From Proteromonas lacertae (Eukaryota), in assembly GCA_002245135.1 (NCBI GenBank), contig NGBS01000607.1, positions 1 to 64,000 on the forward strand: DNA of 64,000 nucleotides, written 5' to 3'. The translations under genes and the position numbers were made by a program. Numbering within the stretch: position 1 is the stretch's first letter; every line of letters begins with the position of its first letter. The notes beneath the pieces were generated by a model. That model had not been told where the DNA came from. It saw nothing but the letters and a program-made list of their open reading frames with translations, and did no database searches. Below are positions 39,601 to 52,837 of the stretch, piece after piece.

Positions 39601-40380
39601 CTATATAATTATATTATTCGATTAAAGAATATACTGTTTTGAAATAACATTCAGCTACATAAAAGTTTGATACCCACTTTTCGTTTTTACTATGACTGTA
39701 TTTTATTGCTTTGCTAAAGTATTCCAATGATTGTTCCCAATTTTTCTAAAGCAGAAAATTATATATATATATATATATATACTAAATTATATAACAAATC
39801 ACCAAATGAAGCATAACAATGATATCTTTCTTCATCATTACTTGAAGAAGAAAACTTCTTATCACAGCAATCTTTTGCTTTTGTTATCATTACCCTATTT
39901 TATGTAAAAAAATATTGATATAGTACAATTTTGAGGTATGTACTAATTAAATCAGAATATAATTTATATTTCTTTGCATTATCATCTAGTTGATTGAATT
40001 GCAGCAAATAAGTATGGAATTCTTTTTTCATCCATATTCTAAAATCTGTTATATAAAACTAATACCAATGATTTATAACATTCATTGATATTTATACAAC
40101 AGCTATTTACATGATCTATATCTGTAGCATATTTAATGGCATTTTCAAAACATTCTATAGCCTATTAATATAAATATCATACTATACCTTCATGTACTCT
40201 TTCTGAAAACTGTAATCAAAAGCTTTACTGTATTCTATTCGATACTTCATGAATAAATCATCAGAACGTTTATTCACGGTTGTTAATTTTTTCACCATTT
40301 CATCTAGTTTCTTATTGCTCCCTTTATTCATTACTTAATGTCAAATAAACATTTAATAACAAGCCAAGTTTTTTATTCAT
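36640..40380 (-). CDS. Long TPR-repeat protein, about 23 introns
   Basis: Repeated IG.CY..L/GKY.EAI.Y units in exons of about 105-115 nt. Confidence 0.8.
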
Positions 40381-40508
40381 TTTTTTCAATAACCAAATTT
40401 TTTAAAATCAATTATTTCTTTTCTCATTCGTTAAAATAATAATAACAAGCAAACATTAATCTCAATAATATTTATATTTTTAAAAATTAAGCAATATTAA
40501 CATATTCA

Positions 40509-42421
40509 TTAGAGATATTCGTACTTCCTATCTCTTCACTTGTCAATGAGTTCATTGTTTCAGATTGTTTCACTTTTATATAACACATCACTCCAATTAG
40601 TATCACAATCACTAATAAACCACCTACTACTCCTAATATCACTTGTATATATTGTTCCATTATCTTTTACCATTATCATCATCTCCATCTTCATTTAATT
40701 CATGTAATATATCACTCACATTACCATTTTGAATTGTTTGCCATTTGAAATTCCATAAATCAGGTTGACCATCATGTTTTATATCTTTTAATTTACTTGT
40801 ACTCCATTGAAATGGAGGAACCATATCATTATAAGGAGGACTACTGATTATTTCACTTCTCATTTCATCTTCATATAGTTTATAACTCGTTACTTTGCAA
40901 TCTATTGTCATGGCTGATCTAAAACCAATTCTTGGATTGGGATAAATACCATCTGGTGGATTTAAATCAGCTCGAGATGCGATCGCTAAATAAGCATTCT
41001 CTTTTGGAATACAATTCTCACAAATACTAAATTCATCATTTTTATAATTGTTTTGTCTCATTAATTCTCGAACGCCTTTTATATCTTTTATCTTTACATG
41101 ATCTCGATTAAAAATCTTTGCTCGATTATTTTTAACATAATCATAATAATCACCATATTTATCTATCAATTCTTGAATATTATTTATCTCACGAATCTCA
41201 GAGAAATAAGCTAAATTATAAGATGGCCAGTAACTCTCTTCTCTCAAACGATTGGTCATATCTCGATATATCACTGTTCCAGGCATTTGTTCTAATATAT
41301 ATAATAATCCATCATTCAACTCATCTTTTCCTACTTCGAATTTTGATAAATCGACTATCATAAATTGATTATTATAACATCCATTATTATATTTCTTAAA
41401 ATATTCACACCATTCTTTACCATCTTTAGATAATCTATTAGCTATCATCGTTCTAATCCATATTGACATCAAGTTAGGTTTTATATATTGATTCAGTGTG
41501 ATGTTGTTATTACTCAAAGTTGTTTCTGTTACTACCATTTTGTTAGATAACATGTAGAAATCATCCTCACTGAATAAAATACCAAAATAGGATGAAAAAG
41601 AGATTGTTTGGTGATTTACCTTCTCTTCACTATTTGCACTTACTTTCCAAGGGAAAGTAAACACTTTCCATACTCTTAGTAATGTCTCTGGAACTATCCA
41701 AGTATTATGTGAAATTATTATATCTTCAAAATTTGGTAATATCTTTATTAATGCACTACATCGATCATATTTTACTAATTTACCTTTTAATATCTCTTGT
41801 ATATCTCTTATATCAGGTGAAAATATCATGTGATAGACTTGTTCTTTACTTAATACTTCGTTCTTATTCATGAATTTTTCATATCCATCTATCATTCCTT
41901 CACTTTGTTTTAATAATAAATGAACTTGATAATTATAAGGATCATTTAAATCTTTCGTTAATTCATTCATGAATTCTTTATTCGATTTTATAAATTCAAT
42001 CAATTAAACACAATGTTAAGGTTAAAACTAAACAAAAAACAAAAAACAAAAAAAAATAAATAAAAAAAATAATAAAAAATGATATTTTTTCATCAAATTC
42101 ACTTGGACCAATAAAATTGTTATATAACTCATACATTCGATGATGAGTAAAATAAGATTCTAAGTAACCAGCAGCATAAGCTTGTTCAGCATCACTGTAA
42201 CTATCATTCGTTTTTATACGTAATACACTCCAACCATTCTTGTCAATTGTGTCATTGAAACTACCATATGCAACACTAGTTTCTAACAAAACACCTTCAA
42301 CTACTTTATATTCGTTGTTTTCATACTCAACTGACGCGAATTCACCACCTATTATTTAATCTATATCAACATATATTATACAACAACTCACTATCAACAA
42401 AATCAAAATTAAATAATACAT
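40509..42421 (-). CDS. Phospholipase B-like (PLBD/Ntn-hydrolase) protein with signal peptide and probable C-terminal TM anchor
   Basis: NGWSVL..QAYAAGYLE; CSALIK nucleophile; SHNTW; ETT; NNGCYNNQF; EQMPG; YWPSYN; IASRADLN; IDCKV. Confidence 0.9.
42004..42085 (-). other. U12-type intron, AT-AA, 82 nt
   Basis: 5' ATATCATTT; canonical branch site CCTTAAC at 42021-42015; 3' GTTTAA. Joins FDEK to LIEFIKSNKEFM. Confidence 0.85.
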
Positions 42422-42547
42422 AAAATGACAAATACAATACAAGTGTATTGTATTGTATTTGTATTTTTTATTTTTTCATTTTTCTCTTTATTTCATTTAT
42501 TAAAACAACAATTTTATCACAATAATATCATCTTTTAAGGAAATTAA

Positions 42548-44968
42548 TTATTTCCTACTCGCACTCCTTTATATCTTTCGGAACTACTATTTTCTTCATC
42601 TTCACTTATCATAAGACTCTTCTTTCTTTGCATTACATGCTTCACTGAACATTTTCGAATATAGCAAATCATGATGAGGATTAGAATAATATTAGAACAT
42701 AATGTTACTCCAATAACAATTCCTATTATTTCAGCTGTTGTTAAACTACTTTGATTTTTATCTGATGTTGTTGGATTAGGAGTGCTTGGATTACTGATGT
42801 TGGTTTTATTGTTGGATTTGTTGTTGGATTTTCTGTTGGATTTATTGTTGTCGGATTTTCAGAATCATCTCTTATTCCTTCTTCTTTTCTTATTTGTTTG
42901 ATTCTATCTTCAAATTGTATAATCAATGCTATTCTTCAAATCTTCATTACATTCAACATATTCATTTTCTTTTATTCTATCATCTACATATTTATGATAA
43001 GTATTTGAATTGTTTTTAATATAACTAACCATCAAACCCTTCAACACTATTTAAATAATTTATATCATTATGAGTATTATAGAATGTATCTTTTCTTTTC
43101 TTGGAACTAAATTTTAATGCTGTCTTTGAATCTCCAACTGTATATACAGATAATAATAGAATATATTATTATATAATGACAATAGTATATCTTTTGATTT
43201 ATCAATCTCATAATACTTAATACATTTATTATCAGGTATTGGTTTTGTGATATTTGGTTATACTTTCGATTACTCTATTCAGTTCTGTTGCATCTAATTA
43301 GAACATTGAAATATGTAATACACTGTATTCACTAGGGATATTTTTTTAGAATCCAATCTTTAGTTTCATCATACATAACCTCTATTATAGATATTTATCA
43401 AAGATGTAACTAGCTATATATCCTTTCTAGATAGACTTTGTAATTTCAGTAGCATATTAATTCCACAAACCTATCATATTTATTCTTTATCTTTTAATGG
43501 AATAAATCTACTACATGATTGCATCATAATCTCCATTATTATCAATAATTTGGTTCTAACTCCACTCTTTTCTTTATCAATAGTTTACTTCTAATCATCT
43601 AAACTATTAATGTTGTATATATATCACCATAGTCATTAGTATTATTCAATTTAAAAACCTAATTTCACTTGTATCAATGTCTTCTGGATTATACATATAA
43701 CCATCTTCACTACTTTGTTGTATTATGTATATGTCACTATATGCATCAATCACAAATATCCTCTGTAATATCCATCATATGTTTCTCTTACATCTTCATA
43801 ATAATATCCATATGTGATGTTACTTTCTTTTATCACTTATTCTTTTCTTCTTCTTCTACTAAATATCTTCTTAGATTAGTTTCTGTTTGAATTAGATTTC
43901 TCTGGCATCATTATAGGCTTTGTTGTAAAGACTATTAAACTCACTATCAAAGTCATGAACGTTTTTCATATACATCATAATACATCCAATTGTCTTCATA
44001 ACTATTTATTCCTAATAATGTGTTTACAAGTCTACTGTCATAACATAAATAATAATAATCACCATCATAAATATAATTTGTTTCATTCTCTAATCTCACA
44101 AATCTACGATTAAATGTAAATATATTATTATTATATTCTACTTCCATGTATTTTTCATTTGTCATTTTCATATATCCACTAGAAGATTTAAAAACAAATT
44201 CTGTTGATGGAGAATAACTACCTATCTTCATGTTATTCACTATGTAGTTAATTTCATCCAATGTATCTATACAGCGTAAGTATATTATATATTATATACG
44301 ATTTTGATAAAGATTAGTAAATGAAGAAGAGGATGATGAAGATCCATATGGAAGATCTATTCTGAACAGTTATGATCACATGAAGATGTTTGATGCTTTC
44401 TTTAGCTACTTTTATCATTTCTTCTATCTCATCAACTCCTAAGTATACATTTCATTTTCAATTCTCTATAAAGATGATATGTGTTATAAATATTTATACT
44501 TATAACTGTATTCTTTCTCTAACTCTGCTTTACAAGCACCTAGATCATTATTTTCAGCTAAATAAGAACTTTGAATTATTCTCATCTATTTTTATATCAC
44601 TTAAGATATAGTGAATTATTCTTCACTTCAGATTTGTATGTAAATACCCATTTGTAATAATAATCATAACTTCTACCAATCACATATATTGATTTATCAG
44701 TAACAAATAAGAAATATCTTCCATAAGAATGATCACTTTCACCACTGAGGTGTAATAGAGTGTCTGGTAGTGGTGAATCTTTAATAACTGTCTTTCTCAT
44801 ACCTTTAGATCCATCTGAATTATCAAAACGAGGAGATTTTTCGCTCAAATCAGATCGAATATTCTTTCTACTCTCATTTAAACAATTAATGGGTAATAGC
44901 AGAATCAAAAACAGTAAAACTATTATCATTATATCAATATTATTATATATACTTCGAAAATTCAGCAT
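42548..44968 (-). CDS. Uncharacterised type I membrane protein (signal peptide, Tyr-rich ectodomain, PT-rich stalk, TM); frameshifted
   Basis: MIIVLLFLILLLPINC; PTTINPTENPTTNPTIKPT; IIGIVIGVTLCSNIILILIMICYIRK. Confidence 0.55.
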
Positions 44969-46703
44969 TTTTGTTAAGCAAGTTTTACGGATTTAAATAG
45001 GAATTACATACTTCACTCAGATCTTTACATCCATATTTTCAATTTTTTTGATCTTTTCTTTATATTTTTAAACATTATCCATATTAATCTCTTTTTTTAC
45101 TGATTATAAGTTGAAATTATTCAAATTTTGTATATTATACATCTAAATTTAAAATTTCCTTTAAAAAAATCTTACTTCTAATACATAAACTCATAGAAAT
45201 TATGTTTCTTTATATTTTAATATACTTCAATGAATATTAAGTCATTATTCATCAATTACTATTAGCAAATTGAAATTGATTCTACAACTTATTATCTCAA
45301 CTAGTAATTCTTTATATAATAATAACAATAATCCTCAAAATTTTGTAATACGGATAAAATTGATAATCTTCCTTATTCATTATTAATCTATTCATTCATT
45401 TTCTTATATAAATTCAAGCTTTTAACTAGCAGTATCCTACTTGAGAATATAATACCTATTTCTTTATTCTAAGTACTGTAGAAAATCCATTCTTTACAAC
45501 AACATTTCTATAACCAAATTACTTACATTACTTTTATAGACAGGAATATATTCAGGTATGTTTATAATCACCTCTATGATATAAAAATACATCTGTCTAT
45601 ATGGATGTATTGTATTATGCGTTTGTATAATACCATAAAACCAATTAAAGTCTTAATACCTACCTCATATCACATATAAAATTCTTTCACTGTTCATTTA
45701 AGCAAAACTCTAATGTTACTAATATTATACATATAAATATTTTATTGATAATAGCATTATGATTATTATATATGCATATAACAGACATTACTTTTCATAT
45801 GCAAGTTTTACGGATTTTTATAGGAGTTATATACTTTGTTTAGATCTTTTTACTCATTTTCTAATTTAGCATTTTAGTTATCCATCTATATGATGTTCTT
45901 ACTAACTCGCAATGTTTTTTTTGATTTTATTTCTGAATATTGTAGATTTAACTCAAATTTCTGTTATTATGGAAAATACTACTTCAGATGATAATATATC
46001 ATAAACTAACATGTAATAAAGTGTAATTGAAGATGCTAAGTAGATACTTTTGAAAATACATTCATTATAAATAATAATCTATTTAAACTATTTCAACATG
46101 TTGTTGTTTATATCATCATCACTTCAGTAAATTCAATACATGTTTATCATTCAATTTAAAACACTTTTTAATTCAATAGAAAATTTTCACTTATTTATTA
46201 TCAGCTTATTGGTTTCACTGTGTAATCCATCACAGCTTCCCTTTACTGTCAGTTATAATCAATTGAATACAACATAATAGACAGTTTTAGCATCATTTTA
46301 TGCATGATTAATTTTAACCATACTGATTTTTACTAATTTCTTTTTCTTGAATTTTTAATTCTAATAAAAATATTTGAATAATTTTATGGGTTATAATTTC
46401 TTTATTCTTTTTAACAATCAAAATCACATAATTCCATTTGCTATAATTTGCAAATCAATACACCGACATTGTACAATTTTAATTCTAAGTATAGAGTTTT
46501 AATGAATAAGGCTTACTTTAATTAATCATAAAATTTGAATTCTCTTCATTGATTGTATGGATATATATTATTGAATAATAAAACTATTAAATAACAACTC
46601 TTTCATTAAATACATTTTTTGTGTATTTTTTATCAAGTTTTTACTTGGCTTGTTTGGATTTGAATAATTAAATTTCAAAAACTCAAAGCCGTTTTCATAT
46701 TTT

Positions 46704-48688
46704 ATGGCGTCTACATTCATTATTCCAGAAGGAGAGTATTATTTTTAGTTATTATTATGATTAGATTTACCAAACATATATATGGATTGCTGAAAGATCA
46801 GAAATATATTGATGCTGTTGATATCTTAAGTGCTCAATTAGCAAACTTTCCCAAAAGTAGAGCTTGCTTATCCTTGTTAGGATACGCTTATTACCATCTT
46901 CAAGCATTTCCAGAAGCAGTTCAAACTTATGAAGAGTTAGTAAAACTATGTCCTGATGTTGTAGAATACAAAGTATATTTAGCACAAAGTTACTACAAAG
47001 CCACAAATTATATTGAAGCAACAAAAGCAGCGTTAAGAATTGATGATCCACAATACCAACAACGTCTATTAATGTTAAGAGTTGCAATAACATTTGAGCA
47101 AGAACAGCTAGAAGATTGTGAAAGTTTAGTATCTCAATGCCTACAAGATGATCCAACTACAATGGTTAATAAAGCAGCTTTATTATTCAAAAGAGACAAA
47201 TTCAATGAAGCAAAGAATGCATTTATTGAAGCAAAGAATGCATTATCTTACTCACCTGACTTAACATACAACATTGCCTTATGTAATTACCGATTACTTG
47301 AATATAAAGAAGCCCTTGAACATATCTCAGAAATAGTGGATGATGGATTAAGAAGACATCCTGAACTCAGTATAGGTAGTAATACAGAAGGAATTGAAGT
47401 TCATAGTGTTGGTAATTCTCAAGTATTAAAAGAAACAGCATTAGTAGAAGCATTTAATCTAAAAGCAGCAATAGAATATAAAATGAAGAATATTCCAAAT
47501 GCTAAAGAAGCTCTATCTGATATGCCACCACGTAATGAAGATGAATTAGATCCAGTAACTTTACATAATACGGGTTTAATCAATATGGATGAAGATCCAC
47601 AAGGTGGATTTAGAAAATTGAATTTCTTATTAGCAAATCCACCATTTCCACCAGAGACATTCTCTAATTTATTATTACTCTATTGTCAATATGAACAGTA
47701 TGATTTAGCTGCTGATGTATTGGCGGAACAAGCACATCTAACATTGAAACTATTAACACCAGAATTATATTCATTTATTGATGCTACAATTATTATACAA
47801 ACAACTCCAGAAGAGAGTTATCGTAAATATGAAGAGTTAACTAAACAACATATTGAGCAGTTACGTAAATGCACAAAATCAATACAAGATGCAAGACGAA
47901 GCCATGACACTGAGGCAATCAAATCAGCCTTGCAAGAATATGATAGTGAATTAGATAAATACATGCCAATATTAATGCATCAAGCTAAGATTTACTGGGA
48001 TAGAGAGAACTATGCGATGGTGGAGAAGATATTTAGACAAAATGCAGAGTTTTGTTCTGAAAGAGATGAATGGAAGTTGAATGTAGCTCATGTGTTCTAT
48101 ATGCAAAGAAATAAATTCAAACAAGCTATTCATTATTATGAACCTATTGTAGCCTCACATAAAGATAATTTATTAAATATTACTGCAATTGTATTAGCTA
48201 ATTTATGTGTATCTTATATCATGACTTCTCAGAATGAAGAGGCTGAGAATTTAATGAGAAAGATAGAAAAGGAAGAAGAAGATTTAGCAACTACTCATCC
48301 TGAAAAACCATCCTATCATCTGTGTATTGTTAATTTGGTTATTGGTACATTATATTGTTCGAAAGGTAACTTTGAATTTGGTATTTCTAGAATATTCACC
48401 AGTTTCCGTGACTTTGATAAACAATTATGTATTGATACTTGGTATCATACTAAGAGATGCTTCTTAGCATTATTTGAAAATATTGCTAAGCATATTGTGA
48501 TATTGACTGACTCTATATTTGCTGATTCTATAGCATTTTTAGATAAAATTGAAGAATTTGGTAAGAATATGAATGCTTCCGAACCTCCAGTTAATATTCA
48601 GGGAGTTGCTGATAATTTGAAGCGCAATACAATAGCTGATGAAGCTAAATTGCTTCATGCTTTCTTACTAAAAACAAGATTTCATTAA
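46704..48688 (+). CDS. IFT70: Intraflagellar transport protein 70 (TTC30/fleer/DYF-1)
   Basis: MASTFIIPEGE/FT..IY; SRACLSLLGY; HPELSIG; VEAFNLKAAIEY; DMPPRNEDELDPVTLHN; PPFPPETF.NLLLLYC; HLCIVNLVIGTLYCSKGNFEFGISR. Confidence 0.95.
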
Positions 48689-48884
48689 ATTTCTTCATAT
48701 TTTTAAATTAATTTTGTATTTGTAGGGTATAATGGGGTATTTAAATGAAAGTAACAAGTTTATATGTAATTCAAAGTATTGTATTTTGTACTATAAAAGG
48801 TGTAACTTTCTCAAGCATAAGTTCGTCATTTGAACCAATAGAATTGCATAATAGAACAAGATTCTTTTTTAGATAAAGTAACTA

Positions 48885-49376
48885 ATGCCAGGCAAGTTTG
48901 ATGACAATATTTATAGAACGTATAAAAATGAATATTATTTGTTTAGAGTCTTTTTGTCATTTAATGTAGGAAGACATATAAAAATTACTAAGAAGAAGGT
49001 AGAATGGGGAATGTTGTATAATAATCAAGTATAAAAAGATATATTCTAATCATATTTAGGAACACGTAGTAATGCTTAAACAATCCATTATTACAGGCAA
49101 AAAACAGATTTATTTAGATAAGCGTGTAATATTTGAAGATTCTAAGGTAATTATCTACTCATTAATTCTTAAATAGATGTTAGAAATTCAATTTAATCAA
49201 GAAATTGCTTTTGATGGAATGCATGTAGTTATATCATGCGAAATTAAAGATAAGGAAATCATTCATCGTATAGAATTATCTATATATTTTATGATTAGAT
49301 TTATCAATCAATGAAAAACCATATGAATCATTACCTTATTTAAATCGTGCCCAAGTAGCAAATGCTCAAAGATACA

Positions 49377-49418
<42 letters not shown>

Positions 49419-50240
49419 AGAGAAAAATTATTCCAGCCTGTTTATTATATGATGTTCCTCCAGGTGAGAATATTTCAATGTTTGAAGCCTCTAAGACAGA
49501 TCAAGCTGTAGAAAGAGCAAAAGCATATTTAGAAGATAGTTCCAGTGATGAAGAAGAGGAAAATGATGAAAGTTCATCTGATGATGATGATTCAAGTAGT
49601 TCAGATGAGGATAAGAAGAAAAAGAAGAGTAAAAGTAAGAAATCAAAGAAAGCAGCTAAAAAGAATAATAAAAAGAAATCTAAAGATAGTGATGATGATT
49701 CCTCTTCTTCTTCTGATGATGATGACGACGATTCAAGTAGTGACGATTCATCTGAAGATGAAAGTAGAAAGAAAAAGAAACAATTAGCCAAGAAGAAAGC
49801 TTTAATATCACAACGTAAGAAATCAATGCCTGCTGCAATATTAACTCAAAGAAAGAAGACAATGCCAGCTACAATTAAGCCACGTGCTAAATCTACTGTT
49901 AAGAAGGTCACTTGGGCTGAAAATATTGGAGATGACGATGATGAAGATGATGATGATGATGATGATGAATATGTTGTGACTAGAATTAATAAGACGAAAG
50001 TTAAAGTTCCTTTAAAACATTCCAAATTTATTTCTAGAAGCAGTGGAGAAGAATCATCTTCAGATGAAGAGGATTTACCAAAGAATAGAAAACCTATTAA
50101 AAAGATGACAAAGAAAAATATTCCTAAAGCACCAGCTATAGAAAAACCAGCTGCACAAGGTATTTATTTATATTATATACATTTTTTAATTATCATGTAT
50201 TTATATTCCAATAGATGATTTTGATGATTTATTTGCGTAG
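48885..50240 (+). CDS. Protein with a FAIM-like N-terminal beta domain and an S/D/E/K-rich disordered tail
   Basis: Spliced KKKVEWGMLYNNQEHVVMLKQSIITGKKQIYLDKRVIFE; 6 GT-AG introns; ends DDFDDLFA. Confidence 0.55.
49379..49411. repeat. Intronic (TA)n microsatellite
   Basis: Directly visible; a similar tract lies at about 61710-61740 in a CTP synthase intron. Confidence 0.9.
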
Positions 50241-50387
50241 TATACTTCTATGTATATAAAAATTTGTTTCTAGATATATTCTGTTATGTTTTTTATTAAA
50301 AATTGTCAAAACTTGGGCTTATTTTTATATACAATCTCTATTTAATTACTATATCTGAAATTGTCAAAATTCATATTTGTGTTGTAA

Positions 50388-51425
50388 ATGGAATCTACAG
50401 CACTTGCATTCTTTTTAACATTTCTTGCTGCAGCATCTACTACATTAGGATCAATTTCAATTTGTTTTACTGGTTTATTTCATGGCAAACAATATAAACT
50501 GTATTTATCAGGTATATAAAACTAAATTTAATTATAAAATAGGAGCTCTAAGTATGGCTGGAGGAGTTATGATATTTTTGTCATTCGAGGATATTCTAAA
50601 AGAATCAATCACTCATTTTGAAAGAGAACCTAAATATAAAAAGCATGCTACCAAATTTGCTTTGTATAAATTGTAAATATTCATTTAAATAGTGTCTCCT
50701 TTTTCTTAGGATGTATATTGGCAATGTTTCTTAGTTACATCACAACACTTCTCAGTAATACACAAAAATACATAAATAATAAGAAAACAGATAGAAAGAA
50801 GTTTAATAGTCTAAGTAGTAGTTATGATAAAGAAGAAGAACAAAGGTTTTTGAGTGATATAGAGAAAGGCAATTCCGCTAGTAATTTATACGATTCTCAA
50901 TCAGATTTAACATTATCTGGTATAGAAAGGAGAATAGAAAACAGTGAAGATGAGATTTCTGAAGAAGATAGAAGAAAGCTGTTTTTAATGAGCATTATAA
51001 CAACTGTAGCACTAAGTGTACATAATTTTCCAGAAGGAATTGCTCTGTATACTGCAACTATTGACGATGTTAAGCTAGGATTAACTTTAGGAATAGCTAT
51101 GATAATTCACAATTGTCCTGAAGGAATAGCAGTAGCAATACCAACCTATTTTTCAACAAGATCAAAGAAAAGAGCAATATTAATCACAGCAATTTCAGGA
51201 ATAGCAAATCCTTTGGGTGCTTTTGCTACTTGGAGTTTATTAAAAGATGGAGTTAGTGATTTTACATTCGGTGCGATGTTTGGATTAGTTGCAGGGATAA
51301 TGTCATTTATTACTTTACAGGAACTGTTACCAAGTGCTTATAAGTATGATAAAGAAGATAAAGTTGCTAGTAAATTTGTGTTTTTAGGAATGTTATTGGT
51401 CGGAAGTATAATGATGTTTTTGTAA
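50388..51425 (+). CDS. ZIP (ZupT/GufA) metal transporter, copy 1
   Basis: AGGVMIFLSF; HNFPEG and HNCPEG; GLVAGIM..ITLQELLP. Confidence 0.9.
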
Positions 51426-51659
51426 TTAATTATTCGTAATTCATTATAAATAATAATATAAAGTGTTTGTAACTAATCCAAACTCTACAATAGTCACTGT
51501 TATATCCATAATTAGCAAAACACATTATTTCTTGGTAAAAAATCTATCGAGTCGATCAAATACTCGACTTATCGATTTGCGTTTTATTAATAAAACCATA
51601 TAAATTATGCCTCATCTATCAAACCTTTCTCAAGCAATTGTGTTGTTTATAAAAAAATA

Positions 51660-52650
51660 ATGAACGATAAGGTGTTTGCATTTCTACTAACATTTGCAGC
51701 TGGTGTAGCTACTTGTGTTGGATCACTTACAGTGTTTTTTGCACATTTATTTAAAGGTAGAGCATATAAACTGTATCTTGCAGGTATTTTATTATTATTT
51801 GATGCTTTTAGGTGCATTAAGTTCTGCAGGAGGTGTTATGTTATTTATTTCTTTTGCGGATATTCTACCTGAAGGAAGTTGAGCATTTCAAAGAATATAG
51901 TCCAGAACATGCTACAAAATTTGCCTAGTATATTAATGCCTTTGATATTTATAATAGTTTGTTCTTTTTCCTTGGTTGTCTATTAGCTGTTGTGTTAGAT
52001 TTCATTACTGCTTCATTTACTGCAGAAAGACACTGAAATAACTGATGAAATGATTGAACAAATTGCTCTAGAACATAATCAAAAGCAAATGAAAACTATA
52101 AATCTTTTAGAAAAAAATTCACCTCAAGAATCTGATACATTTATACCAATTCATAAAGATGATGGTGGTGATGAAGTGATTTCAGAAAAAAGATAGAAAG
52201 CATTTACTATTTGTTAGCATAATAACTGCTGTTGCTTTGAGTGTTCATAATTTCCCTGAAGGTTTAGCTACATTTACTGCTGCTATGGATAGTTCTAAAA
52301 TGGGAATTACTCTAGGTATTGCCATGATTATACACAACTGTCCAGAAGGTATGGCTGTAGCAATTCCCACTTATTTTGCTACTAAATCAAAGAAGATATC
52401 TGTTCTTGTAACTGCTATATCTGGTGCTGCACAACCTATTGGTGCTTTGTTTGGATGGTTAATATTGAAGAATGAAGTAAGCCACTTCACATTTGGTGTA
52501 ATGTTTGGTCTAGTTGCTGGAATCATGACTTTTATCACCTTAGAAGAATTATTACCTAATGCTAATCGCTACGATAGAGAAGATAAGGTTACTAGTAAAT
52601 TTTTACTATTAGGTATGTCAGTGGTTGCTGCTATAATCATGTTTACATAA
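51660..52650 (+). CDS. ZIP (ZupT/GufA) metal transporter, copy 2 (indels in assembly)
   Basis: Same motifs and intron positions as copy 1. Confidence 0.85.
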
Positions 52651-52837
52651 TTCAATGAAATTTCAATTTTCTTTTGTCTATTTATGTGTTTATTTGAGTA
52701 ATAAAAAATCGATAAAAATCGGTTTTATTCGACGCACCGAAAATGTGTTAATTAACAATATATTATAACATTAAGCCTCTTACATGTTTTTAATTCAAAT
52801 CTAAATTCAAACTTTTTTCATTTTTTGTTTAAACTCG

